NCBI GenBank assembly: GCA_963797555.1 | Contig: CAWCPV010000004.1 | Coordinates: forward strand, 224,001-288,000 | Reading direction: 5' to 3' | Length of the DNA stretch: 64,000 nucleotides | DNA from: an uncultured Gammaproteobacteria bacterium | Lineage (GTDB): Bacteria; Pseudomonadota; Gammaproteobacteria; CAWCPV01 | In this document: positions 1 to 13,005 of the stretch, one piece after another | How the letters are laid out: every line of letters begins with the position of its first letter | Position numbering within the stretch: the first letter of the stretch is position 1 | Position numbers and translations under genes: made by a program | Notes under the pieces: model-generated | Databases searched by the model: none | What the model saw: only the letters and a program-made list of their open reading frames with translations | What the model was told of the DNA's origin: nothing

Positions 1-16
1 GAGCCGGCAGAGGCGC

Positions 17-1084
17 GTGGACCGCTTCGACCGCATCTACGAGCTGGACAAGCTGCTTCGGACCGCCCGCCGCGGGCTGACCGGGGCAGCGCTGCGAGAG
101 CGCCTGGAGTGCTCCCGCGCCACACTCGGGCGCGTCGTCGACGACATGCGCACCTTTCTGGACGCTCCCATCGTCTACGACCGCGCCCGGAACCTTTACC
201 GCTACGCCGGCTCCGAAACGCACACCTACGAGCTGCCCGGACTCTGGTTCAACCCCTCCGAGCTTTACGCCCTGCTCGCCGCCCAGCGCCTGCTGGAATC
301 GGTCCAGCCGGGGCTCCTGGGACCCGTCATCGCCCCGCTCTGCCGGCGCATCGAGCGGATTCTCCAGGCCGAGCGGCTGAGCAGCGGCGAGGTCGCCCGC
401 CGCGTACGCATCCTGTCCATCGGCACGCGCCCGCGCTCCGGCGAGCACTTCCAGGCCGTGGCCGGTGCGCTCATGGGCCGACGCCGGCTGCGCATCCGCT
501 ATCACGGCCGCGCCCGCGACGAAGTGAGCGACCGCAGCGTCTCGCCCGAGCGCCTCGTCCACTACCGCGACAACTGGTACCTGGACGCCTGGTGCTACCG
601 GGCGCGCGGACTGCGCACCTTCGCCCTCGACCGCATCCTGGCGGCGCGCCCGCTGAGAGCTTCTGCGCGCGAGATTCCCGACGCCGAGCTCGACGCCCAC
701 TTCGCCACCGCCTACGGCATCTTCGCCGGAGAGCCCAGTGCAACCGCCGTGCTGCGCTTCGGCCCGGAGCGCGCCCGCTGGGTCGCCGAAGAGCGCTGGC
801 ACCCCGACCAGCAAGGCCGGATGCTGGAAGACGGCGGCTACGAGCTGCGCCTCCCGTACGGCGACCCGCGCGAGCTGGTCATGGACATTTTGAAATACGG
901 CCCGGACGTCGAGGTCCTCGCCCCCGAAACGTTGCGCGCCTTGGTGGCCGAGCGGCTGGAGGATGCGGCACGCCAGTACCGCGAGGCCGGTGCGCGTCCG
1001 GAGCCACAGACGCCGCCTCCGACCGGCATCCGGCCGGCCGCTGCGAAAAGCAAAGATCGGACCGTATCGTCCGACCGCCCGTAA
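17..1084 (+). CDS. WYL-domain transcriptional regulator (wHTH-WYL-WCX, YafY/PafB-like)
   Basis: N-terminal HTH (LRERLECSRATLGRVVDDMR), WYL core (RSVSPERLVHYRDNWYLDAWCYRARGLRTFALDRI), WCX-like C-terminus (ELVMDILKYGPDVEVLAPETLR). GTG start. Confidence 0.93.
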   Translation: MDRFDRIYELDKLLRTARRGLTGAALRERLECSRATLGRVVDDMRTFLDAPIVYDRARNLYRYAGSETHTYELPGLWFNPSELYALLAAQRLLESVQPGLLGPVIAPLCRRIERILQAERLSSGEVARRVRILSIGTRPRSGEHFQAVAGALMGRRRLRIRYHGRARDEVSDRSVSPERLVHYRDNWYLDAWCYRARGLRTFALDRILAARPLRASAREIPDAELDAHFATAYGIFAGEPSATAVLRFGPERARWVAEERWHPDQQGRMLEDGGYELRLPYGDPRELVMDILKYGPDVEVLAPETLRALVAERLEDAARQYREAGARPEPQTPPPTGIRPAAAKSKDRTVSSDRP

Positions 1085-1233
1085 AGCTCGCAGTGAAGCC
1101 GCTCTCCGCCGCCTCAGTTTTTGCAGCAGGGGGTGTGATACAAAGAGAGATGCAGAGGCCGCGACGGGGCCGGAAGCCCTGTCGCCCGAGGCAGAACGAA
1201 CGCGGGAAACCGGGTCTGGGGGGGAACAACACT

Positions 1234-2160
1234 ATGAGGCTATCATCGCAGCTTGTCCCGCGGCCGATGGGCGGGCCGCGGCGCTTCCGCGAAGCGCCTG
1301 CCCGAGACCCGACCGAGGCGCAAGGCGCTCACGGCGACGGGACCGGCACCGCCCTCGTGGTGCATCCTCGCTGGGCGGGACTGCTGGCCGAGCGGGAGCG
1401 CCTGCGCCAGTCCCTCGCCGCGCTCCTGGAGCGGCTCACCGACCAACAGCGCCGGGCCGAGTACCTGGAGGCCGTGTTCCATTCGCGCCTCGGACGCCAT
1501 GAGCTGGGGCGCCTCGAAGCACAGGCCGGGCACGCAAGCCTGCGCGCGCAGCTCGCCGCCGCCCAGGCATTCGTCAACCGAGGCCAGCGTCTGGACCAAG
1601 AGGCCCGGTCCCAGGCCAAAGCTGCGGGGGCGGAGGAGCTGGCGCGCTGGCAGGTGCATATCGCGGCTCAGCAAAGCCGGCTCTCCGGAAGCGCCCTCTA
1701 CCTGCGCGGCCTGGTTTCGGTCGGCCCGGAGGTCGTCGCCGAGGTCAAGCGCCTCTACCGGCGCCTGTGCCTGCGCCTGCATCCGGACCTGGCCGGCGCC
1801 GACAATCCCCTGTTCGCCCGCTATTGGCCGATGCTCCAGCAAGCATACCGCTCGGCCGACTTGGAGCTGATGCGCCTGCTTGACCGACTGGTCCCGGAGG
1901 CCAGCCCGCGCCTGCCCGATGCGTGGGACCCCCTGCTCCGCTCCATCGAGGCCATGCGCTGGCAGGAACGGGAGCTCCTCGCGCGCCTCGCGGAGAACGA
2001 ATCCCGTCCGCCGCTGAGCTACGCGGCCCTGCTCGAAGACCAGGAGGAAATGGAGCGGCGGGCCGCAGTCACAGCCGCCGAGACCGCCGCCCTGAAGGAG
2101 CGCTCCGCCGCCCTGCGCGCGCAGATCGAAGCCCTGTTCGGCGGCGTCACCCTGCATTGA
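1234..2160 (+). CDS. Coiled-coil protein with internal J-domain (HPD motif)
   Basis: ATG at 1234 after a G-rich RBS, in the 109..2160 frame. EVKRLYRRLCLRLHPDL...WPMLQQAY matches J-domain helix II-HPD-helix III and is flanked by long helical, heptad-like segments. Confidence 0.8.
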   Translation: MRLSSQLVPRPMGGPRRFREAPARDPTEAQGAHGDGTGTALVVHPRWAGLLAERERLRQSLAALLERLTDQQRRAEYLEAVFHSRLGRHELGRLEAQAGHASLRAQLAAAQAFVNRGQRLDQEARSQAKAAGAEELARWQVHIAAQQSRLSGSALYLRGLVSVGPEVVAEVKRLYRRLCLRLHPDLAGADNPLFARYWPMLQQAYRSADLELMRLLDRLVPEASPRLPDAWDPLLRSIEAMRWQERELLARLAENESRPPLSYAALLEDQEEMERRAAVTAAETAALKERSAALRAQIEALFGGVTLH

Positions 2161-2171
2161 GCGCCATACCC

Positions 2172-2194
2172 TGTAGGAGCGGATTCATCCGCGA
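2172..2194 (+). repeat. GTAG-family REP-like element
   Basis: TGTAGGAGCGGATTCATCCGCGA: GTAG tetranucleotide followed by a GCGGAT-TC-ATCCGC hairpin, just after the J-domain stop. Confidence 0.65.
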
Positions 2195-2227
2195 AATCAC
2201 CTGTTGAGAGAATCTGAGAAATCCGCC

Positions 2228-2623
2228 ATGCCCGCACTGACCAAGACCCCATCATCCGCCGGCCTCATGACCACGCTGTTGGGCGGACATGGCCTCGCCC
2301 CGCCCGCCGCCCGCGACATCTTCCTGCTCGATTGCCACATCGCCGGCACCTGCTACTACGACGCGCGCGACCACCCTGAGTGCCTGGCACTCGGCATGCC
2401 GCTCCGGCTCCAGCGCCAGCCGCAGAACCCCCACGACGCCCTGGCCATCGAGGTCCATGCCGCAGGCCCCGAGCCCTTCAAGCTCGGCTATGTGCCGCGC
2501 AAGCACAACCCGGTGCTCGCCCGCCTCATGGACGCCGGCAAGGAGCTGACCGCCCGCCTCTCCCAGGTCGAGGGCGGACTGTGGGGAGACCCGCGCATGG
2601 AAATCCATTTGAGGGACTGGTGA
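2228..2623 (+). CDS. Stand-alone HIRAN-domain protein
   Basis: HIAGTCYY...LRLQRQPQNPHDALAIEV...KLGYVPRKHNPVLARLMDAG matches the HIRAN signature (REPxNxxDxxAI, LGYVP). ATG at 2228. Confidence 0.88.
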   Translation: MPALTKTPSSAGLMTTLLGGHGLAPPAARDIFLLDCHIAGTCYYDARDHPECLALGMPLRLQRQPQNPHDALAIEVHAAGPEPFKLGYVPRKHNPVLARLMDAGKELTARLSQVEGGLWGDPRMEIHLRDW

Positions 2624-2754
2624 TGGATCGCTTCGACAGACATGGATCGAGCACCATCGACGGCCAGACGATGGTCCACGTGCGCAGCTACGCGGTTCGG
2701 CGACCGGCACTCCCGCCCGCAGGTGAGCCGCCAGGCGCGCCGGTCGCGACGCGG

Positions 2755-3189
2755 TCAGTCCCCGAGTACCGGAATACCGAGGCCGCGTGCAGCCGTTGCG
2801 AGGCCGCTGTCGAAAACCGCGAACCTGAATGGCACCTGCGCGCCCGCCAGTCGGAGCACTGCTTCGGCGGCTGCCAAGTGCACGCTGTCGTAACCCCGCA
2901 ACTGATACTGCTCGGCCAGATCACCCGCGCGCCGAACCAGGGCTTCGTTGACCATTACGACCTCGAGCGCCGCCCAGTGCCGTTCGAACTGCCTCCGGTA
3001 CTCGGCGAGTGTGGCGTTGTCGAGGCGGTTCATCATCAGTGCCTTGGTCAATCCTGGCCGTACCTCCGCATAGGCAATCAGATGGCTGGCGACCGAACCG
3101 GCCGCGTTGAATGCGGTAGCGACGGTCTCGGAACCCGGCTCGTCCAGGTAGAGCTTCAACAACGCCGACGAGTCCAAGTAAAGGATCAC
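2755..3189 (-). CDS. vapC: VapC PIN-domain toxin
   Basis: GTG start at 3189. ILYLDSSALLKLY, AYAEVR, LRGYDSVHLAAA and FAVFDSGLATAA are PIN acidic motifs. Confidence 0.9.
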   Translation of the reverse strand: MILYLDSSALLKLYLDEPGSETVATAFNAAGSVASHLIAYAEVRPGLTKALMMNRLDNATLAEYRRQFERHWAALEVVMVNEALVRRAGDLAEQYQLRGYDSVHLAAAEAVLRLAGAQVPFRFAVFDSGLATAARGLGIPVLGD

Positions 3190-3443
3190 TTCCGATCTCG
3201 CATCACCAGGTCGGAGATGAGAGGCTCGCCCGGTGGCGTGGGTATGCGCCGCTACAGGTGCCTGCAGCTTGTCCCCGCTGCCGGGCCGGATCCACGGCTG
3301 CGCCCTGAGGCGTGCGATTGCTTCCGCCTCGGCATCTTCAGACTGCACAGCCGGCGGCGCGAGCCTTGCGATGGGCCGCCCGCCTGCACGCGCCGCAGGT
3401 ACTCCGACAGACGGTTCTTGATCTCCCGTACGGAAACTTCCAT
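3186..3443 (-). pseudogene. vapB: Phd/YefM-family (VapB) antitoxin, disrupted
   Basis: Starts MEVSVREIKNRLSEYLRRVQAG, continues in another frame (GRPIARLAPP...), then returns to PGEPLISDLVMRDRK*, overlapping vapC by GTGA. Two frameshifts, and the usual EEIVIT segment is missing. Confidence 0.8.
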
Positions 3444-3456
3444 CGCTCATCCCTCA

Positions 3457-3488
3457 ATGTGGCTACGCTCAAGCGATTGTAGACACAT
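3457..3488 (-). promoter_or_regulatory. Inverted-repeat operator upstream of vapBC
   Basis: ATGTGGCTAC (3457-3466) and GTAGACACAT (3479-3488) form a 9/10 inverted repeat around a TACAAT -10-like hexamer on the minus strand. Confidence 0.6.
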
Positions 3489-3591
3489 GCGCCAGCTCGG
3501 CGAGCACCACGAATGCCCGTCCGAGGCCCGCGGGCGCGTGCAGGCTTCCAGGCCTGGGCGTTCCGTGTCCACATGCGCCTGTCGCAGCAAT

Positions 3592-3623
3592 GTAGGTTGG
3601 GCATGAGCGGAGCGTTGCCCAAC
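3592..3623 (+). repeat. GTAG-family REP-like element
   Basis: GTAGGTTGGGCATGAGCGGAGCGTTGCCCAAC: GTAG plus a GTTGGGCA/TGCCCAAC stem. Confidence 0.55.
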
Positions 3624-3821
3624 GAAGCGACTACGAGTGCAGACGCTTGTCCCGACCTGCAGGTGTGGCGCTCTCGGCCCTTCCTGCGGGAGAGGGAGGA
3701 AAGGAAACACTTGCGATTGACAAGACGGGGCACGAACCTTTGCGTGTCCCGGCGTGGCGAGCATCGCCATGACCGGTTGGGCCAAGGGTAAACAGGCGGA
3801 GAAGGAACGACGGTGACGAGA

Positions 3822-4130
3822 TCAGTTACAGCCGTGGCGGCCGCGCGAAGGGCTATCGCCCCGGACTCCCATATACGCCCGGAGGAGCAAGTTGATGCGC
3901 TTCTGGCATCCGCGAGCCTGTGCCTTGAACCAGTCGAGTACGTCGGCATCCCGTCGCATCGCGCCCCCTTTCTTGGGCTGCACCGGCCGCAGGCCGCCGC
4001 GCGCGGCCGCACGCCCGAACATCTCCGACGTAACCTCCAGAATGTCGGAGAAATCAACGTCCTCGTCACACAGCGCGTCCACCCGCGCCCAGTCAGTCTG
4101 GAAGGCATTCGAAGAAGAGGACTCGTTCAT
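3822..4130 (-). CDS. Orphan, divergent BrnA antitoxin-family protein
   Basis: TDWARVDAL...DFSDILE...DADVLDWFKAQARGCQKRINLLLRAYM. No adjacent brnT. Confidence 0.75.
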   Translation of the reverse strand: MNESSSSNAFQTDWARVDALCDEDVDFSDILEVTSEMFGRAAARGGLRPVQPKKGGAMRRDADVLDWFKAQARGCQKRINLLLRAYMGVRGDSPSRGRHGCN

Positions 4131-4159
4131 GGCGCCTGGATTTGGCGTGGAAGCGGCTG

Positions 4160-4369
4160 TCACGCTAAAGGTCTTGCGGTGTAAGGCCGGTATGCTTGGA
4201 GATGCGTGCAAGGACCAATCTCCTCCCGATCGTGGAACGCGAACACAAAGTCCGGCCAGCCGTCCCGAGAGAGGGTCCGATGGGAGCCCGACTGCCGTTT
4301 TACCTGCCAGCCTATGCGCAGCAGGGCAGCAAGGACACGCTTGGCCTTGCAGGATCGCCATCCGCTCAC
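4160..4369 (-). pseudogene. hicA: HicA mRNA interferase toxin, frameshifted near C-terminus
   Basis: KAKRVLAALLRIGWQVKRQSGSHRTL...FAFHDREEIGP. The normal tail LARISKHTGLTPQDL* lies in a different frame (stop 4167-4165). Confidence 0.8.
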
Positions 4370-4572
4370 GTCGGAGCGAAGGAGATGCTGATGGGCTCGG
4401 GGCCGGCCTCACCGTGTTCCAACCGCTCAGCCAGTACGCGCAACGCGAGCACCTCGGCCCTTGCCATCGCCTCGTCAGGCGTTGCACCGTACGTCAAAAC
4501 GCCAGGAAGCTGGGACACCCCCGCAAGCCACCGGCCGTCCTCTTCCTGCTCGTATTCTATGGTGAAGTTCAT
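4366..4572 (-). CDS. hicB: HicB antitoxin (short form)
   Basis: MNFTIEYEQEEDGRWLAGVSQLPGVLTYGATPDEAMARAE. Overlaps the hicA start (hicBA order). Confidence 0.88.
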   Translation of the reverse strand: MNFTIEYEQEEDGRWLAGVSQLPGVLTYGATPDEAMARAEVLALRVLAERLEHGEAGPEPISISFAPT

Positions 4573-4674
4573 GGGGCACATCCAACGGTCCACAAGGCAC
4601 TCGACCATTGTACGCAAGGAGAGGTCCGCTGCGAACGGCGGGGGGCGGCGCCCGGTCGACGAAAAGGGGGGTGA

Positions 4675-10424
<5,750 letters not shown>

Positions 10425-10425
10425 C

Positions 10426-11961
10426 ATGCTGGCCCTCGAACTCAGGTTCCCGGCCGGACGCTATCACGCCACACCCTGGGGACGGCACGTCAACGAGGCC
10501 GATGTCGCCTGGCCTCCCGATGTCTGGCGGCTGGCCCGCGCTCTGATCGCCACCTGGCACCGGAAACTCGACTCGGACCACTATCCGAGGACCGACTTGG
10601 AGATGCTCTTAGCCACCATGGCCCGCGCCGACCCGCCGGTCTACACGCTGCCACCCGCCGTGCATGCACACACACGGCATTACATGCCCATGCGCGAGGG
10701 AAAGAGCGATAAGAATACGCTGATCTTCGACGCCTTCGCCCGCCTCGATCCCACCGCCCCACTCGTGATGGCCTGGCCCGACCTCGATCTGGATGCAGCG
10801 GCGGAGCGACTGCTCGACGCCCTGCTCGAAGCCACAGGCTACCTCGGGCGGGCGGAGAGCTGGCTGGACGCGCGCCGTGCCGAGGCTTGGGCGGGAGCAA
10901 CAGATTGTGTGCCGGGTGACGCCGCCGTGGACATTGAGACTGGCGAGGTCTTCGGCGATGTGATCACCCTGCATCTGCCCCGTGCGCCGGAAGACTATGG
11001 CGAGTTCCGCGCACGCACGCTGGAGACATCCGCGTCTCGCAACTTAAAGCCAGCAGAAGAGCGTCGGCTCGAAGCCACCTTGCCCGAGTCCTGGCTCAGT
11101 GCCATCGGTGTGGACACGGCGGATTTGCAGGCCGCTGGTTGGAGCGCGCCACCGGCCGCGCGCCGGGTGAGCTATGTCCGCCCGGCACAGGTCCTGCGAC
11201 CGATCGCCACATTGCAGCCACGTGCGCCCAGCAAGCTTCCCTCGGTCACCAGCGCCCGCCTCGCCCTCTACGGCAAACCCCTCCCCCGCATCGAGGACGC
11301 GGTGCGGGTGGGCGAATGGCTGCGGCTTGCTGTGGTGGGAAAGGCGGGCCGTCTGCTCGGCGAGGACCGGGTGCCCGCAACGCTTTCCGGCCACGATCTG
11401 CCTGCCGGTCACCGCCATGAACACGCGTTCTATCTTCCTGAGGATGCCGACGGCGATGGGTTCATCGACCACCTCATGGTTTACGCGCCCGGTGGGCTGG
11501 ACGCATCATCGCGCAGTGTGCTCGGCGCGCTCACGCGGCTCTGGACGCGCGACGGTCTGGAATGGCAAATCATCCTGGAGGGCATGGGGACGGGAGAGCA
11601 GTTCGTAGAATCGGGCCGCCTGCTGCGGAGCAGCCGGGAATGGCGTTCGGTGACGCCCTACCTCCACCCCTGGCACGTCAAGAAGCGCTTCACGGTCGAG
11701 GACCAGATTCGCCGCGAGTGCCGCGAACGCGGTCTGCCGGAGCCTGCCGGGATCGAAGGCATCGCCGAGGTCGAAGTGAGCCCCGGCCAGCGTCGCCGCG
11801 CCATCCACTTCCACCGCTTCCGCAGCAAGCACGGGCTCACGCAGCCAGACCGGCAGGGCAGCTTCTGGCGTCTTGTCTTTCCCGAGCCGATCCGGGGTCC
11901 CCTCGCCTTGGGCTTCGCCTGCCACTTCGGGCTGGGACTATTCCGGCCGGCGCCGGGATGA
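10426..11961 (+). CDS. csb2: Type I-G Csb2 (Cas5g-Cas6 fusion)
   Basis: GRYHATPWGRHVNE, WPPDVWRLARAL, YLGRAESW; C-terminal Gly loop GPLALGFACHFGLGLF. Confidence 0.93.
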   Translation: MLALELRFPAGRYHATPWGRHVNEADVAWPPDVWRLARALIATWHRKLDSDHYPRTDLEMLLATMARADPPVYTLPPAVHAHTRHYMPMREGKSDKNTLIFDAFARLDPTAPLVMAWPDLDLDAAAERLLDALLEATGYLGRAESWLDARRAEAWAGATDCVPGDAAVDIETGEVFGDVITLHLPRAPEDYGEFRARTLETSASRNLKPAEERRLEATLPESWLSAIGVDTADLQAAGWSAPPAARRVSYVRPAQVLRPIATLQPRAPSKLPSVTSARLALYGKPLPRIEDAVRVGEWLRLAVVGKAGRLLGEDRVPATLSGHDLPAGHRHEHAFYLPEDADGDGFIDHLMVYAPGGLDASSRSVLGALTRLWTRDGLEWQIILEGMGTGEQFVESGRLLRSSREWRSVTPYLHPWHVKKRFTVEDQIRRECRERGLPEPAGIEGIAEVEVSPGQRRRAIHFHRFRSKHGLTQPDRQGSFWRLVFPEPIRGPLALGFACHFGLGLFRPAPG

Positions 11962-11965
11962 AGGA

Positions 11966-12040
11966 TCAAGCCATCCCCAGTAACGCTTCCAGACTCCGCT
12001 CTACCGCGGACATCTCCTCGGGCGTGAGCGCGGCGATCCG
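11966..12040 (-). pseudogene. C-terminal remnant of a PemK/MazF-like toxin
   Basis: The minus strand reads RIAALTPEEMSAVERSLEALLGMA*, resembling the MazF terminal helix. Confidence 0.5.
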
Positions 12041-12068
12041 TAGACGGGGTCGGCTGCGAGCCCTTGAA

Positions 12069-12387
12069 TTAGACGGACGCATCCCTGAACGCTCGCAGCA
12101 CTGCATTGATGCGCGTTTGGTAACCTGGACCTTGCGCTTTGAACCACTCCAATACGTCCGTATCGATGCGCAACGACACCGACGTTTTCGGCGGCACCGG
12201 CTTCAGCCCCCGCCGGACAATGCCTCTGACGATGTGGCTCGCATCCGCCTCTGGATGCTCGGGCGTGGGGTGGATGTCCCCTTCTTTCATCGAGCTGCAG
12301 CCGCGCCCAATCCGTCTTAGATGTTTTGGAAGAGGATTTCCGCTCCGCGCTTGGTCGCTTTGCGGAAGGAGATGATGTGGATTTCAT
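12069..12387 (-). pseudogene. brnA: BrnA antitoxin, single frameshift near 12295
   Basis: MKSTSS...SKTDWARLQ (ATG 12387), then another frame: MKEGDI...KTSVSLRIDTDVLEWFKAQGPGYQTRINAVLRAF. Looks like a +1 base, possibly a sequencing error. Confidence 0.82.
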
Positions 12388-12586
12388 GTTCGATCTCGGT
12401 ATGTACGACGGAAACAGGAATCCCTTGAAGCGGGCCAAGGGTGACCAGGAGCTGTTCACCGTAGGCGAATCGGTCGTCTTCGAAGGTGTACGTTGGCCCC
12501 TCGAACACCTGAGCAGCGTCGATGAAGTCAAGGCCGTGGTCTTTGAGGTTCGTCCTCCGTTTCGACTCACGCCATGTGAACCGCAC
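12317..12586 (-). CDS. brnT: BrnT ribonuclease toxin
   Basis: VRFTWRESKRRTNLKDHGLDFIDAAQVF...IISFRKATKR. Upstream near-palindrome ATTGTATGTACATTGT. Confidence 0.88.
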   Translation of the reverse strand: MRFTWRESKRRTNLKDHGLDFIDAAQVFEGPTYTFEDDRFAYGEQLLVTLGPLQGIPVSVVHTEIEHEIHIISFRKATKRGAEILFQNI

Positions 12587-12645
12587 CGGAACAATGTACA
12601 TACAATCTGTAGGTGCGGCAAGAGCAGGTGAGGGTCTAAGATGTT

Positions 12646-13005
12646 GTGTCGCGAGCGTTCTTGACTGAGCCGAGCCAGGTGCAGGCAGCGATTGACCGAC
12701 TGCTGATGGAGCAGGGCGAGGTGGCGCCCGTGGAGGTGCTCCTGGCGATCGGCTGCCTGGCCTATCGGGACTACGAAGCAGGGCGCGAGGGCCGCGTGGC
12801 TTTCCTGGAGGACCTGCTGCAATGCTCTCCGGAGGAGGTGCGACGGCTGCTGCAGGAGGTCGGCGCTCGGGCGCTGGCCCATGGGCTCAGGGCCGAAGAG
12901 TTCTCCTATGCCCACTGGGCCGGGCCACAGCAGCGGGCCGAGAGGCCCGCCCAAAGCAGAGCTGCCGCCCCCCGCGGGCGGGCGTCTCCACCGTCCCATG
13001 ACTGA
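12646..13005 (+). CDS. Hypothetical protein, possibly a truncated N-terminal fragment
   Basis: Protein-like helical sequence (QAAIDRLLMEQGEVAPVEVLLAIGCLAYRDYEAGREG...) decaying into low-complexity sequence; overlaps the cas4-cas1 start. Confidence 0.55.
   Translation: MSRAFLTEPSQVQAAIDRLLMEQGEVAPVEVLLAIGCLAYRDYEAGREGRVAFLEDLLQCSPEEVRRLLQEVGARALAHGLRAEEFSYAHWAGPQQRAERPAQSRAAAPRGRASPPSHD

Noticed and set aside
109-1233. N-terminal half of the 683-aa ORF 109..2160
   Set aside because: Arg/Pro-rich shadow frame of the WYL gene; the real protein starts at ATG 1234.
2380-3606. 408-aa plus-strand ORF spanning HIRAN and vapBC
   Set aside because: Mostly antisense to vapC/vapB; only its internal MDRFDR hexapeptide is informative.
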